Assembly: GCA_976226885.1 (NCBI GenBank)
Contig: OZ320321.1
Location: 43,524,001 to 43,588,000, forward strand
Direction of reading: 5' to 3'
Source: Iphione sp. A-MEVVRFRX5
Taxonomy: Eukaryota
Length of the DNA stretch: 64,000 nt
Shown here piece by piece: positions 49,700 through 62,300 of this stretch. Both the position numbers and the translations under genes were made by a program. The notes below the pieces were generated by a model. It was not told the DNA's origin, ran no database searches, and saw only the letters and a program-made list of their open reading frames with translations. Position 1 is the stretch's first letter; each line of letters starts with the position of its first letter.

Positions 49700-50372
49700 C
49701 TGTAAAGACGCCGCGAACAACTTCAGCCGTGAAGGATGGCAACCTTGACCGTCCCTGTCTGCGTGCTTTTAAACAAATAGCTATAAATACAAAAACAATC
49801 TCCCCCATCTTTGTTAAGTCGGAATAAAGAATAGCTTGCACTTTGTTTGCCGCAGACCTCCCAGCTCTGTGTACCATGTCTGATAATGTCAGCAGTAACT
49901 GATTGGAAAAGTCACCGAAGAACAGAACACGCCCTATTGGAACACAGTTACATGTTTTTGTATCTAATTTAAACATCACAATAACACCATTTGAACGTCT
50001 CTTCTCGGGTAAGGTATTCTTATCACAACGGAAATGCAATTTTACACTGAGGACATCATTTAGAGACGATTGTGTGATAAAAAAAGATATCCATGCACCC
50101 ATATACATGAACACGTATACATGTATATATGAAATCATAAGAGAGTATTCATGACTGAAACGATTGAGGGGTATTTGGAAAGACCAGTTTCAGGTATGTT
50201 GAAATACGCACAATGAATATAAAACACGGCGTATTGTAAATTATTATGAGTCGTCCTTAACAGTGTTTATCCATTCGAGATAGGCCATGGGGTTGGCCAG
50301 GATACAAGCGTTGTAGTCAGCTAAAATTCCTCGCAGCATGATTGATGTTCAGCGTGCTGCATGTCCCTTGAG

Positions 50373-50386
50373 CTGCCATCTAGTGG
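50373..50386 (-). promoter_or_regulatory. CTCF consensus site
   Basis: CCACTAGATGGCAG on minus strand matches CCASYAGRKGGCRS. Confidence 0.35.
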
Positions 50387-50683
50387 TTTCTAGTCAAACT
50401 GCATGCAGACCACTTGAGAAAAAAAATGCTATGCATAAAGCTCACATCCAAATAGTCTCTTAGAAGAAACGACATTCTACTGTCTCAATCTTTTGTACTT
50501 CTGAGTCAGTTTCAAACCATAAGCACCTTCATTTCTCAGTTGAGGCATTGTAGTCAAAAGACTAAACTTTTCTTAATTAAATACATATACATTGTACCTT
50601 TTTGATTATTTTCACTTGAATTTCCGATGAAGAAATTGATATACGTGCTTTTTAAACTACATAGGCTGAATACATTTAACACG

Positions 50684-50684
50684 A

Positions 50685-50738
<54 letters not shown>

Positions 50739-50750
50739 GAGAGAGAGAGA
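50684..50750. repeat. (GA)n microsatellite
   Basis: Direct reading. Confidence 0.95.
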
Positions 50751-53048
50751 CAGCGACCACCAGAGACGGAGCTGTGTGGTTGAAAATAGAGCGTTGTTGC
50801 GGATTCTCATTAAGCTAATTGATATATTAGATATCTGTACTGTAATATGTATAGCTTTATAAATAAGTTCACATTCAGAAAAGGATCTTGTGGAAATGAA
50901 ACTGATACACCATTCAAGATGATTCAGGACAATTAATACTAACCAAGCGTTACAGTAAGGGTATAAACGGACATAACCATGGTCTCGTTAAATAATTCTT
51001 TTAAGTAATTCGACGTTTCATTAGGTATTGCATGAAATCTCACCTGAAAAAGAATTTTGAGAGGACTAGGGTATACATGTACAAAATGGGATGAAAAATG
51101 CAAGCGTCGGTCAGCAACTTTGATTAGGTTCTGTTAAATGCCGAATGTACAGTGATCGGCATGTATTGATTGACAATGAAGGGAAGACATCGTTCGGTTT
51201 AGAAGTAATGAGGAAATAACTCTCTGTATCGTGGCCATAAAAGTGGCTATGCAAGCAGAATATGATGTCTGTGCGCAGCAACATTCACACGAAGCAGCTG
51301 TATTTAAAGTTGTGACACTTCACTCACAATCCCAGTATCGACGTTTCACTAAGTTGTCAGAGAAACGGATGTACCTGGTGTGTACGTAGAAGTACATTTT
51401 TTTTCGAAATTTTATATAACCTGGCATTTCCATTGGTGCCAGGACAACCTGTTTACAGTGTGACATCGGTAAACATACTATATACAGTAAGAACATATGA
51501 ACAGACAGTATTTACATATATACATACATAACGCAAGTAAACCAAACCACCACCAAATCATGCCTTTTTCAAATCGCCCTTTGCAAGACTAATTTTATCC
51601 TCTCCAAGTCACGCCTTACCAACTTGTACATTGCCAGATAACACCATTGCTTAATAATATCATCAGCAAAGTATTGTCAGCACATTGTAGTCAAAGGGAG
51701 ACACATTCAGGGGACTTAAGGGAACTACAGCGAAAGAAAATATAGTAACGCGTGAGGAAGCAATTGAGTAAGGTGGTGGTGTAACAAAATGGTATTTGAA
51801 TGAGTTTGGCAATGTCAATGTAGGTTTGGTAACGGAGCATAAAAGGTAAAGTCAAATGAATTAAAGTGGCATCATTTGGTGACGGAGCTGCTGTAACACT
51901 GAGCAATGCAGAGGTGGCACTATGAAACTTGAACCAATATATGCCATCAGGTAATCCAAACTTAATTGCATCATTTTGTAAAGGATCGTCTAGCATGAAT
52001 GCTTTCATTTTCGATCAGCATTGGAGAATTGAATTATGTTGAGTCCTTCCAGGGGAGTTACAGGTCATTACCGTATACTTTTTGTAGATTCTTCTATACA
52101 TGGATTTTGGGGCTTAGTCCAGAGGCCTTAGGTGGAGCCTTGCTAAGGACTGATTAAGAGCAAGGTTTTTTTGTGCAGTCCTAACCCAAAGCAGTCATCC
52201 ACCTCCTAACGGGTTTCTTTGGTTTTATCATCCTTTGAAACCATAGACATCTACAGATAATTGTAGCTGAACGTCTTAATGCATCTCCTCCAAGGGATAA
52301 ACTATATAGTAGTAGGACCTGTTCCTACGTGGAAGGTGTCTAGACAGGGCTACTTTTTCACACTGATTTATTGCTGCTTGTCCAAAATGACATCTAAATA
52401 TTTGTATCCTGTAATTAGCTCACCTTCCGCATCAACTATGTTCACACATCTGTTACCATCGAAATTCTCGAGTCTATCTGGGAAATACATACAATCATAG
52501 GGTGGGGTTTTTAAAACCGCTGCAAGATCTTTCTTAACTTACACATTCCAATTCCGTCTGCCTCAGATGTAACCTTAACTCATGGCATACAATCCCATTC
52601 ATATACCAAGAGGAGCAATTTAGGGAGATTATGAACCTAAAACATTTTGAATACCACGATCTAACATGTGTAACCCTATACAAAATGCTTGTCCAAATAG
52701 CTTTCGGAAAGAACCGAAACACTTGTGGACTAAGCCATTCCCTTGTGAATATGTTTCGTTAAACAGCCAGCTACGTATTCTGCGGAGTATTTGGGAATAA
52801 ACTGAATTAGTCTAATCATATGTGACCCTAACTTAGATGGCAGAAGGCTGTATGGATTTTATTAAATAGTTGAAAATAAATTATAACCCTTTTATTTATT
52901 GTCACTTTTAATGCAGAGGAAAACAGGGAAATAATGAACTTGGTGGGACTGATGTCAAAACCGAAGCATCTATGTCAGTATTTTACAGACTTACAACCTT
53001 TCTCGTAATTAAAGAAATAGCCTTATTATCTGAGCAAGCGGCAACATA

Positions 53049-53827
53049 CAGGAGAAACTCACTTTCCGACCTCCTCACTTTCCGACCAAATCGACTATTG
53101 CGACCATTTTGGGTCGGAACGAAATTATTTTTAGTACATTTCTATAATGGTAGAATCTTACTTTGCGACCATATTGCTTTCCGACCAAATTCGCCATACG
53201 ACCATTCATCTTAGGGTCGTTTTTAGTACATTTTGATATCACTTTGCGACCATCTTTGATGGTCTCTCACACCGTGGAGGGGTTGGCCGGGGTGGTCGCG
53301 GGCGTCAACGGCGACGTCTTTGATGGTCTCTCACCCTGGAGGGGTGAGGCCGAGAGTGGTCGCGGGCGTCAACTTCGACGACTTTGATGTTCCTCACACC
53401 GTGGAGGGGTAGCCCGAGAGTGGTCGCGGGATGTCGAGGCGTCAACTTCGACGACTTTGATGTTCCTCACACCGTGGAGGGGTAGCCTGAGAGTGGTCGC
53501 GGGATGTTGAGGCGTCAACTTCGACGACTTTGATGTTCCTCACAAGCCCAGACCCCCTCCACAATCACTTAAATTTTTGGATTTTTTGGACTTAAAGTCA
53601 TCAAATTCAGCACTTTTTGGACCTAAAGTCATCAAATTCAGCACTTTTTGGACCTAAAGTCATCAAATTCAGCACTTTTTGGACGTTTCATATGTTGATA
53701 AAGAGAGAGGGAGAAAAGGATATGATTTCAAGCCCAGACCCCCATACAAAATCACTTTGAGACCATATTCGCTATTACGACCATTTTGGGCCGGCCCAAG
53801 TGGTGGTCTCAAAGCAAGTTTTTCCTG
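53049..53827. mobile_element. Mariner/pogo-type non-autonomous element (TA TSD) carrying two internal minisatellites
   Basis: TA|caggagaaactcactttccgacc ... ggtctcaaagcaagtttttcctg|TA; ~60-bp unit (ctcacaccgtggagggg...gtggtcgcggg...cgtcaac) x4 at ~53265-53545; 31-bp unit (ttttggacctaaagtcatcaaattcagcact) x3 at ~53585-53680. Confidence 0.75.
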
Positions 53828-54057
53828 TACACCTCGGATAGGGGACAGCAGTCTATATGTACACTCTTTTTCGTAGTAGGAGTAATAAACCAGTGAACAT
53901 ATCTGGCTGGAATGAGAATGGTCAGTCAGTCAGGAATCTTTTGGTGTGTGAAACATGAAGTAATAAAGGCCAGGCGGTCCTCTCTTGAAAGCGAACTGCC
54001 ATTTTCACAATTCTTAATATTATATGACTGGTCCCCTAGAAAGTCAGGCCAACACCT

Positions 54058-54265
54058 AGAATAGTTGGTGGAATGATAATAGAATAGTTGGTGGAATGAT
54101 AATAGAATAGTTGGTGGAATGGTAATAGAATAGTTGGTGGAATGGTAATAGAATAGTTGGTGGAATGATAATAGAATAGTTGGTGGAATGATAATAGAAT
54201 AGTTGGTGGAATGATTATAGAATAGTTGGTGGAATGATAATAGAATAGTTGGTGGAATGGTAATA
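54058..54265. repeat. 23-bp minisatellite, ~9 copies
   Basis: tagaatagttggtggaatgataa repeated head-to-tail without spacers. Confidence 0.95.
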
Positions 54266-57200
54266 AGTTTGAGAAGACAACTGTAGGTCATAAAAGAAAC
54301 ATGATCTCCTGGGAAAAAAACGGGTACAACAATATGCATTCTAGTAAATGTATAAAACTTTTGGAAGAGACCTCGAGAGTACTTACAGGTGTAACACACA
54401 GTATTGGTTTTCATAACTCGACCACATAACTCTTGAAAGAGAACTTCTCTTTTTCATCAAATTATCTGTTCTCGCCCATATTAGCAGAACTAAAGAGACT
54501 AAATCAAGTGTAACATTTGTTAAATGGAGAATACATTCCATTCTATTAGGCTCTGCTCAAAAGCGTATCTTGATCAGAATCGCCGTATCTTTATCTATCT
54601 CTGTCATAACCATTTTAGTACATTAAACGAAATTTAACCAGTTCTACGTGGATTATAACACCTTAATTTCCTAATAACCCCCTCCTACTTCTGGTACTGT
54701 TTCTCTAATCATAACAGTCACGAAGCTTATATAGGTACTCAATAGCTGATTTTCAATATTTCCACCAACATCACAAAGGAATTGCTTCCTACTGGTAAAA
54801 AATATTTTCTTCCGTGTTTCTTATAAATACATGTACCGCTATCCTTCCTTCATTCATTCGGTTAGTTAGTCAGTCAGCCATCTATTCGCTTGTTCTCGCA
54901 GCAATGGCAGCCTTTTCAACTTGTCTACTATTCGAAATATTCAACTACAACATCCTCAGCTTAAGACTACCTTCTTGACTCATATTTTCCTGAAGAATAT
55001 TAAGCAATGCTTTCTAAGATGTGATTCGATCATTTCAGTCAAAACTCATGTAGGAGACCAACCTTGGGACTGGAAGATTTTGGTCTCTCCTCAGGGTTGG
55101 TCTCCCGTGTGAGTTAGTCTGTAAGACTGTATTGATGTGTGGAGCAAAGAGATACACTCTATTAAGCTTGGTTTGTTTCCTGTGATGGTCTGTCGAAAAT
55201 ATTTTGACGTTTATTGCTGACATTGTATCCCTAACACATTCCATATTTCTGAAGTTTCATTCCTTTATTCTTAGCCTGTTTTTTAAAATTAACTTAATGT
55301 AATCATGATCATCAACGTTAGTGTTTGAAGTTTAGGAGTCAGTACAAAATGACTGAATGGTTAGTATTGTACGACTCCTTAGTGTGTACATCCGAGAAGT
55401 CGTTGAGCTGCGCCTAGTTTCATGTTCCTAACTTGTTGACGTTCAGGTTGTTTGCGTGGCCCGTGTCTAATGATAAGCTCCAATAGTCCTTCTTGGTAAG
55501 AATATTAGCTTGTCCAAAAGATGTGGGTAGGATTACATGGTAATTATCAGTCCCAATACATTTTATTTAAACATGTTGGTTATGGATGAAAGCCAGAAGG
55601 TTTAAATAAGTTGCCTAGTCCTAATGACACCTATCTGAGTTAACAGGCAAAATGGGCCTTAGAGCTTGTCCGATGTTGCTCTGAAAATATGAAACGTACA
55701 GGGCCTGCAGCTTCCCACGCCTCACCCGCCAGACGCGTGCACACCTCACCACCCTCTCCACTCCTGTAGTAGGTGGATAGCAAGTGAGTGGGAGTAGGTT
55801 GAGGGTAGGGCGGGTCGGAGGGCGAGGGGGGGAGGGGGCAGGGAGCTGCACAGTCTTGTGCTTGGCCTGACAATTTCTGGCTCGAGGGACTAAAATAGGT
55901 GAGGCACACGCGTGTCTATGAGGGCGAGTGTATGTCTGTTTGTATGTATGTTTTCTGTCCGAACCTACAAATATACATTTCGATGTGGAGTTATATAATA
56001 TAGGCCTGCTGGGATAAGCCCCTTACTCAGGACCCAGGCATAATCAGCGAAACGATGGCACATAATGTACTGTACATGTATGCTGGTTGTTCTAAGACTG
56101 TCGATGAGCACCGCTTCAACGTGGTATGTCAGGCAATATGGAATGTTACTCTATATGATAACTTTCTTGCCTACCTATTTCAAATAGCTATGTCACCAGA
56201 TAACTGGGTTACATTGACCGGACTGGACCAGGCGTAACCTTTACAAAGGAATGCAAAGAGAGCCAGCAGGAGCCTATTATTCTGTACCTGTTTTCTAATG
56301 GTTCTACTGCATGTGGTAGCCATTTCTACGCTTTTGCTCTGGTAACAAGGTTGTCAAAAGAGGTATGGAAAGTGCAGCTTTTAAACGTGGAAATGTCAAA
56401 CAGGTCTCACCCTCCACTTTTGTTTTTTTCTGTTGACTGTCGCAAGGTGATAGTAGGTGGTAAGACTCAATGAATAAAGACTTACGTACATTTATCACGC
56501 TTTATCAACTTTGTGACTATTCCACTCTCTGTCCTTGCGTCTGTGTACCTATGTGCGTCCCTCGGTGTCTTTTGTAATCTGTCTTCCGCATAGAATATAA
56601 TGAGCGTATATATCTAGATAGAGTAACCTACAACATGCCATAACAAAGGTCAAAGCTTATACATGTATATGCATGATATGCTTTCTCATCATAATGCCAC
56701 ATTTACATTACTTTCAGCCTGAAAGAAATCAGTTGTTATCATATACATGCACTTCGTGCACCTTTTTTGTAGGTTGCAATTGAGCTCGTTGAAGCTTGGT
56801 CTGCATTGACTGTCATATTTTGAAAAGTAGCATTCATGTTCCTGTCGAATCATAGATCTCAGGTCCGCCTTTGACCCATACACTGGCACAATGAGAAGAA
56901 ATGGTTTTTGAATGAAGGAACATCTGGGGTTTGCAATGAATGGCATTTCACTCGCCCTTCTGGCTATGTGATTTGCTGCTGTATTTCCGTTATCCTGGTT
57001 ATAAATATAGAGTGAGCTGCTCTAGGATGTAATGAGGAGCAGGTGTCGTGAGAGAGTTGGCCATCGATAAGAAGCTCTATGCAGATCTTAATCTACGCGT
57101 GGCTGATACCAATTATCAGGCTACGGTTATGAAGGCGATGTTAAGCTAATATTACTCTGTACAAAGGGGAACTTTAGCATCTTTCATACCGGAGCTTGTG

Positions 57201-57694
57201 CACGAAGTCAAACTGAAAAAAATATGGCACCAACAGATTCCTTACTGTTGGCAGGAAGGCATATTAGAGACCGATTTCCCTGAGCCATTTGAATTAAGCA
57301 CAAAGGACACAACCTGCGGCAATACAAGAGGAAATACGATGGCAACGTGTCGGGCTTTAAAAGGTTAAGACCTCTTTCAGGGTCAGTAGCCTAATCCTGT
57401 AGACAGAGGTCTCTCATCATTTTACCAACGATATTCTTAATTTTTCACGATACATCTAAGTCATTCAACTATGGTATAGAGTGCTGGGTGTGAGAGATTC
57501 AACCGTGAAAGCCGATGGTTGGGACGAAGTTGGGGTTGGGGTCGCTTGGGGCCACTCGGCCAAAAGTACATTGTCTTCTTTGTTTCCTCTTCATCCATTT
57601 TCCGACCACTCCTGGTCTTCTCTGCCTCATTGTATGCCATGGCAATGTACTCAATTTCTAACATGTCAGTACATAACTCAAATGAAACCTCATC

Positions 57695-57990
57695 AAGTAA
57701 GGTAGGCCCTTCTTGCCCCGGGGACCAAAGTTAAACAACTCTTTGAGTACATTTCCTTGTATTTCCTCCTGACACTGGCCTAGAACTGCTCCACTCTCAG
57801 GGCTAGGTCTGCTGCGGAGAGTTCCTCGAATGACACATCATATCCTATGGCAAAGAGCCAATCCATAAAAAATACGCTTGTTCTAAATTATGTTTTAATA
57901 TTATTTTAGCAAAAAGTTTCTAGGGATGTATTTGTTGAATGTACTCTTACGGTTCGCTTCTTTCTTTAATTCAGCCATGTTTTCCTGTTC
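57695..57990 (-). mobile_element. Crypton-like (tyrosine-recombinase transposon, DUF3504-associated N-region) fragment, pseudogenised
   Basis: DVSFEELSAADLALRVEQF*ASVRRKYKEMYSKSCLTLVPGARRAYL, cf. L..L..FY..VR...G..Y...SL...RA...RYL. Confidence 0.45.
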
Positions 57991-59129
57991 AATAAGTAGA
58001 GCCTACTTTCGGTTCCTCTGGATCATCTGAAATTTCTGCTTTGATGTTTTTGAAATCCTCTTCCATAAGATCTCAGAGATTGAAACTGCATATATTGTCT
58101 GCTTTCTTAAGTTGATAGGGAGCTGCAGTGCTCATCTTGCTACTCATAAGGTCCTGCACCTCGTTAACAAAGAAATCCATCCCTGGAGGTCTATATTTCA
58201 ATGGTATGATGACACTCTTCTCCAGAAAAACAAATTTCTCTCTCCTGGAACTCTGCCATCCCGTAGCAGAGTATCTTTTGCACCACGTGATTGTTCTGGC
58301 CATATCAGATAGGTATATTTTCCACTTCTGGTTCTGCCACATTCCTTTTGCTTACAAAACACATACACGTGTCAGTAAAAAATCAGATGGGTACTATGGT
58401 ATTCACCCTTACATATGCTACTTTCTATAAACACATGTACAGAATGACAATATTACTGGGTGCAGCTTTAATCCAGTAAATATTGTTCTTGAAATAATGA
58501 GTTGAATCCTTGCTTGCCATTCTGTTTCGTAGAAATCGACGGGTAACAATTCCCTGTTTCAAGAAGTGTGAAATGCACTGTATGCACATGTAATACTTAA
58601 TTTCCATATGTGGATGTTTTCATGGGCGTGGCAGTGTGTTTTTCAGCATGTTTTAGGGGAACTATGAATATCTACTGAACTACTTCCATGTATGTGTATG
58701 TATATAGCATGTACTGTGTAGCATGTATGCATGTCACATATTTTTGGATTGGGAAACCTGCCGATTGTCACAGCCGTGTGTATATGTGTTCACGTAAGTT
58801 TTCAATAGAAATTATGGAAATCCTGTTTGGGTGATACAAGGATCCACACCGTCCCATTACTATTTGATTGACTTTGTCAGTGAACCCTGTTAACTTTACA
58901 CAGTGCTCTTGGTAGCCAAACATGCTACAATTGAACACATGTGCAGTTGAATGTCTATTTGTACCACCCGTCCGTTCCCAGCTCAAGTGAATGTAAGAGC
59001 AAAATGGTTGGAAATCAAGGGGGGAAGCCCAGAAATAAACTCCTTTTCTCCCTTTCTCTCTACCAAGTAAATATATGAAAAAGTGCTGAATTTGATGAGT
59101 AAAAGTCCTAAAAAGGCTCACATGTCTGT

Positions 59130-59300
59130 TCTCACCTCAGACAATGAATAACCCTTCAAACATTGGTGTAAGGGAGGAGTGGTAGCCATCACACCTCTGG
59201 TCTCACCTTAGACAATGAATAACCCTTTAACCTTTGGTGTTCGGGAAGAGTGGTCACCCTCACACCTCTGGTCTCACCTTAGATCATGAATAACCCTTGA
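59130..59300. repeat. ~71-bp tandem repeat, ~2.4 copies
   Basis: tctcacct.agac.atgaataaccctt...ggtgt...gagtggt...tcacacctctgg. Confidence 0.85.
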
Positions 59301-62300
59301 GATGTGTAGTTGCAGGGCTTCTGAAGTGTCACTGTCACACCATTGTTAGTCTCAAATAGATATTAAAATGCAATAGAAATGACCCTAGCATGGGTGGTTG
59401 GTGAGTGATATCATTCGGACATTGATTTGGTCAGAAATTGATCACTTTGCGTATTGACTATCTACAGAAATTATTTTCATTCTGAGCTTAATCGGTCTGA
59501 TTAGCAAATTTAGTCAGAAATCATAATGTGGTTGGAAATAGGCATTTTAATGTATGCTGGAAAATCCAACATACATTAAAGGGCACTCAATAGGCTACAC
59601 TTGGAATTTAAACCAGTTTGTCTGAAGTGGAAGCAATCTCCTGTACATCTGAAATTCATTAACTCTGCTCACCCAAATCCCTGTTTAGAGTCACATTATC
59701 CACCTCTCCCTCCTCGTTTGGTCTATGAAAACAGACTGGAAGAGGAGAGGTTCGCTGCTCATGTAGGTACGGTATTCAAAGCAGTTTGACGGCAAATTAT
59801 TCAAAGTATCCCCAGGTTACCCGTATGTATATCAAAGGGCTGTTCTAGTGTTCTTACTTTGGAGGTGTGTGGACGAGCGTTGTTGTGTAAGTTTGTTAGT
59901 CGAGGCCACGTGGAAGAGATAATTGAATTAGCCTCGGACTCCATAATGCGATGGCTGGGCCGTGCATTTTTCTTGTCGCTACATGGACGAGGTCTGTGAG
60001 AGACTTCTCATTATATATAACATGGCGCACCAAAGCGCACTTCCCACTATGGTGCATGCTGCTTCATCTGTTGAAAGGTTGGAGCTGCTCTGAAGCTGCT
60101 CTAAACATACTTCGTCATGGCGAATAGAAGTTTTTTCTCCACCCATATGTATATTGTAAATCTAGCTTGCCTCACATCAGTATATTTGCTTCACACTTGC
60201 TCTCCGATTTCATTCTACAGATTTGTGTTCCTTGGCTGTGTGGACCCGCGGTTCTGAGTAGAGAGTCAGCTTTCCAGCCAATTCCATTTCAAGATTGTCT
60301 ATTTCGATGCAATCTTCGCCACATTCCTCTAGTCCTCCCAAATGGCGTGTTGAAAGTATCAAGTACTATAAAAAGTTATCATTTGATCTGATTTTATTGC
60401 CTTCGCTTTTGCAGAATATTTTTGTATACATTACTTTAAAGGATACCGTTTGCACTTGTCAGTATACATGTAGATTGACGTTGCTTTTCAAGATCGGGCT
60501 GGGTCAGGTACATGAACCTGTTTGGACCTGATGACCAAAGGCAACACGTGACATAACACCACTTATATTTCTAGCAAGCTTAAGGATATCTTTTCTTCAT
60601 ATCATTTTCAGAAAACTAGATTCTATGACCCATTCGTTCAGTTTAACTTTGCAGTGGTTATTTATTGCTCACACGCCCTTTGCACATACACGTGTCGTTA
60701 AACCTTTGTACACTTCTTAAACAAAATACCATTCTTGTTCTTATGTCTATTTAACACATTCGATATTATGAAACAATCGTCGTTCATATACATGTACTAC
60801 ACTTGAGTAAGTATCTCCAGTTCTTTAATCTTTTCATTGAATATCGATATCTATATTTATATGAATTGATTCCACCACCTGTACCGGTAGCTACAGTGGG
60901 CAATTCCCTCTGCCAAACGACCACCGCTTGAGGCCTTTCGCAAGCCAAGATCATCTGGTGGACTGCACATCCACGTGCCGTCTAAGGCAAGACGCCTACC
61001 AGTGTGCAGCCCAATGGAAGCATCGCCTAGCTTCATGCAAGACCACGTTAACCTGGAAGTTCACTTGTGTTCATTCAGATGGGCACATTTTCACCCACAT
61101 TCCCACTAAGATGTACAATACAAAGGCCAGTTGGATGCTCGTGTTACGGGAACCTTTTGGGGAATTTAATGGTTGTAACGCAAGTACATTTAGGAAACGT
61201 ATGATGTGGAACGCAGTGAAGTATTCTCTAGAAATGAACGTAGCCAAGCCTTTGGAACAGGTGGCATGTATCTCGGAGAAAGGTTCAGTTCCAGACAATA
61301 ATTGTACTTGTATATATAATTTGGCCCTTGAGAGTTAAGAGAACAGGGAATACCCAAGATCCTGTCGAAATCGGATAATTTAAACTGTGAACTGCTTCTA
61401 GCATCATTGGTGGTATATTTTCAATAAACATTCTATTATCTTTATGGCAAGACAAGCTATATACACGCGCATCTGTAACAGAGCCGAAAACGGCTTTCGT
61501 GTGCAGTTATTATTTGCATTTATAGAGAGCTACGTTGTCCATCACTAAACTGAAGACTGATGATGAAACGTAGGGAACTATGTTGATAAATTCCCCATGA
61601 CGAAATGAGGTCGTCATATGCACATTTAGATGGCATACATACATACAATGTTCCGATAGCGTGTGTGCAACTGATAAAACATCATTTGTTTAAGGTGATA
61701 ATGAAATGGGAGCAATTGTATTTGGCTTCCCTTATATATGCTTGTAATATAGATCAATTTTCTTCTGCTTTGGTGACTTCAGTAAGTCTTATAAACTAAG
61801 TAATTCTCAGATGGGCATCAAACATTATTTCTAACAAAAACGACTACGTGGCTCAGTATTTTAATCTATTTATGATATTTATGATATAGAAAGCGATTTT
61901 GCTAAGTTTGTTCAAGTTAGTGACTCGGTGGATGGTTTTGGTGTTATGTTTTCTGGATATATGCTTTCCACTCCGTGGTTGACACTAGGTTTAGACAAAT
62001 ACTTAATGAAGACATATATACATACTAGTTCAGCTACTGATTTAAGTGTATTGCCGCGGTTTGAGATTCCAATACGCCCATTAAAAATATCCTTCATTCA
62101 CTTGGAAAGCTACGGGTTCCTCTAAGTTATTTCGGCATTGGTTGGTCAGTATACTGGATCTCTCAATACCTCATACATTCATTGAAGTTTTGTTTTCCGC
62201 ATTAAAAATACTTTGGTTGATCAGTATACTGAATCATTATGATTGGTTTGTTCGAAAGATGATTGATAGTCAAAATGCTGAAGATCAAGTTACAGTTAAT

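Noticed and set aside
53265-54265. Repeat arrays as CRISPR
   Set aside because: Head-to-tail units without unique spacers, eukaryotic intron, no cas genes.
55700-55763. GC-rich exon candidate as the missing PDZ first exon
   Set aside because: The peptide (SGEGGEVCTRLAGEAWEAAGP) lacks the PWGF/GLGF loop; at most a UTR or minor exon.
60928-61338. 136-aa ORF
   Set aside because: No recognisable domain or splice context.
61528-61573. Hammerhead-like CTACGTT...CTGAAGA...GAAACGTAG
   Set aside because: Stem III pairs but stems I and II do not; at best a dead Penelope-type remnant.
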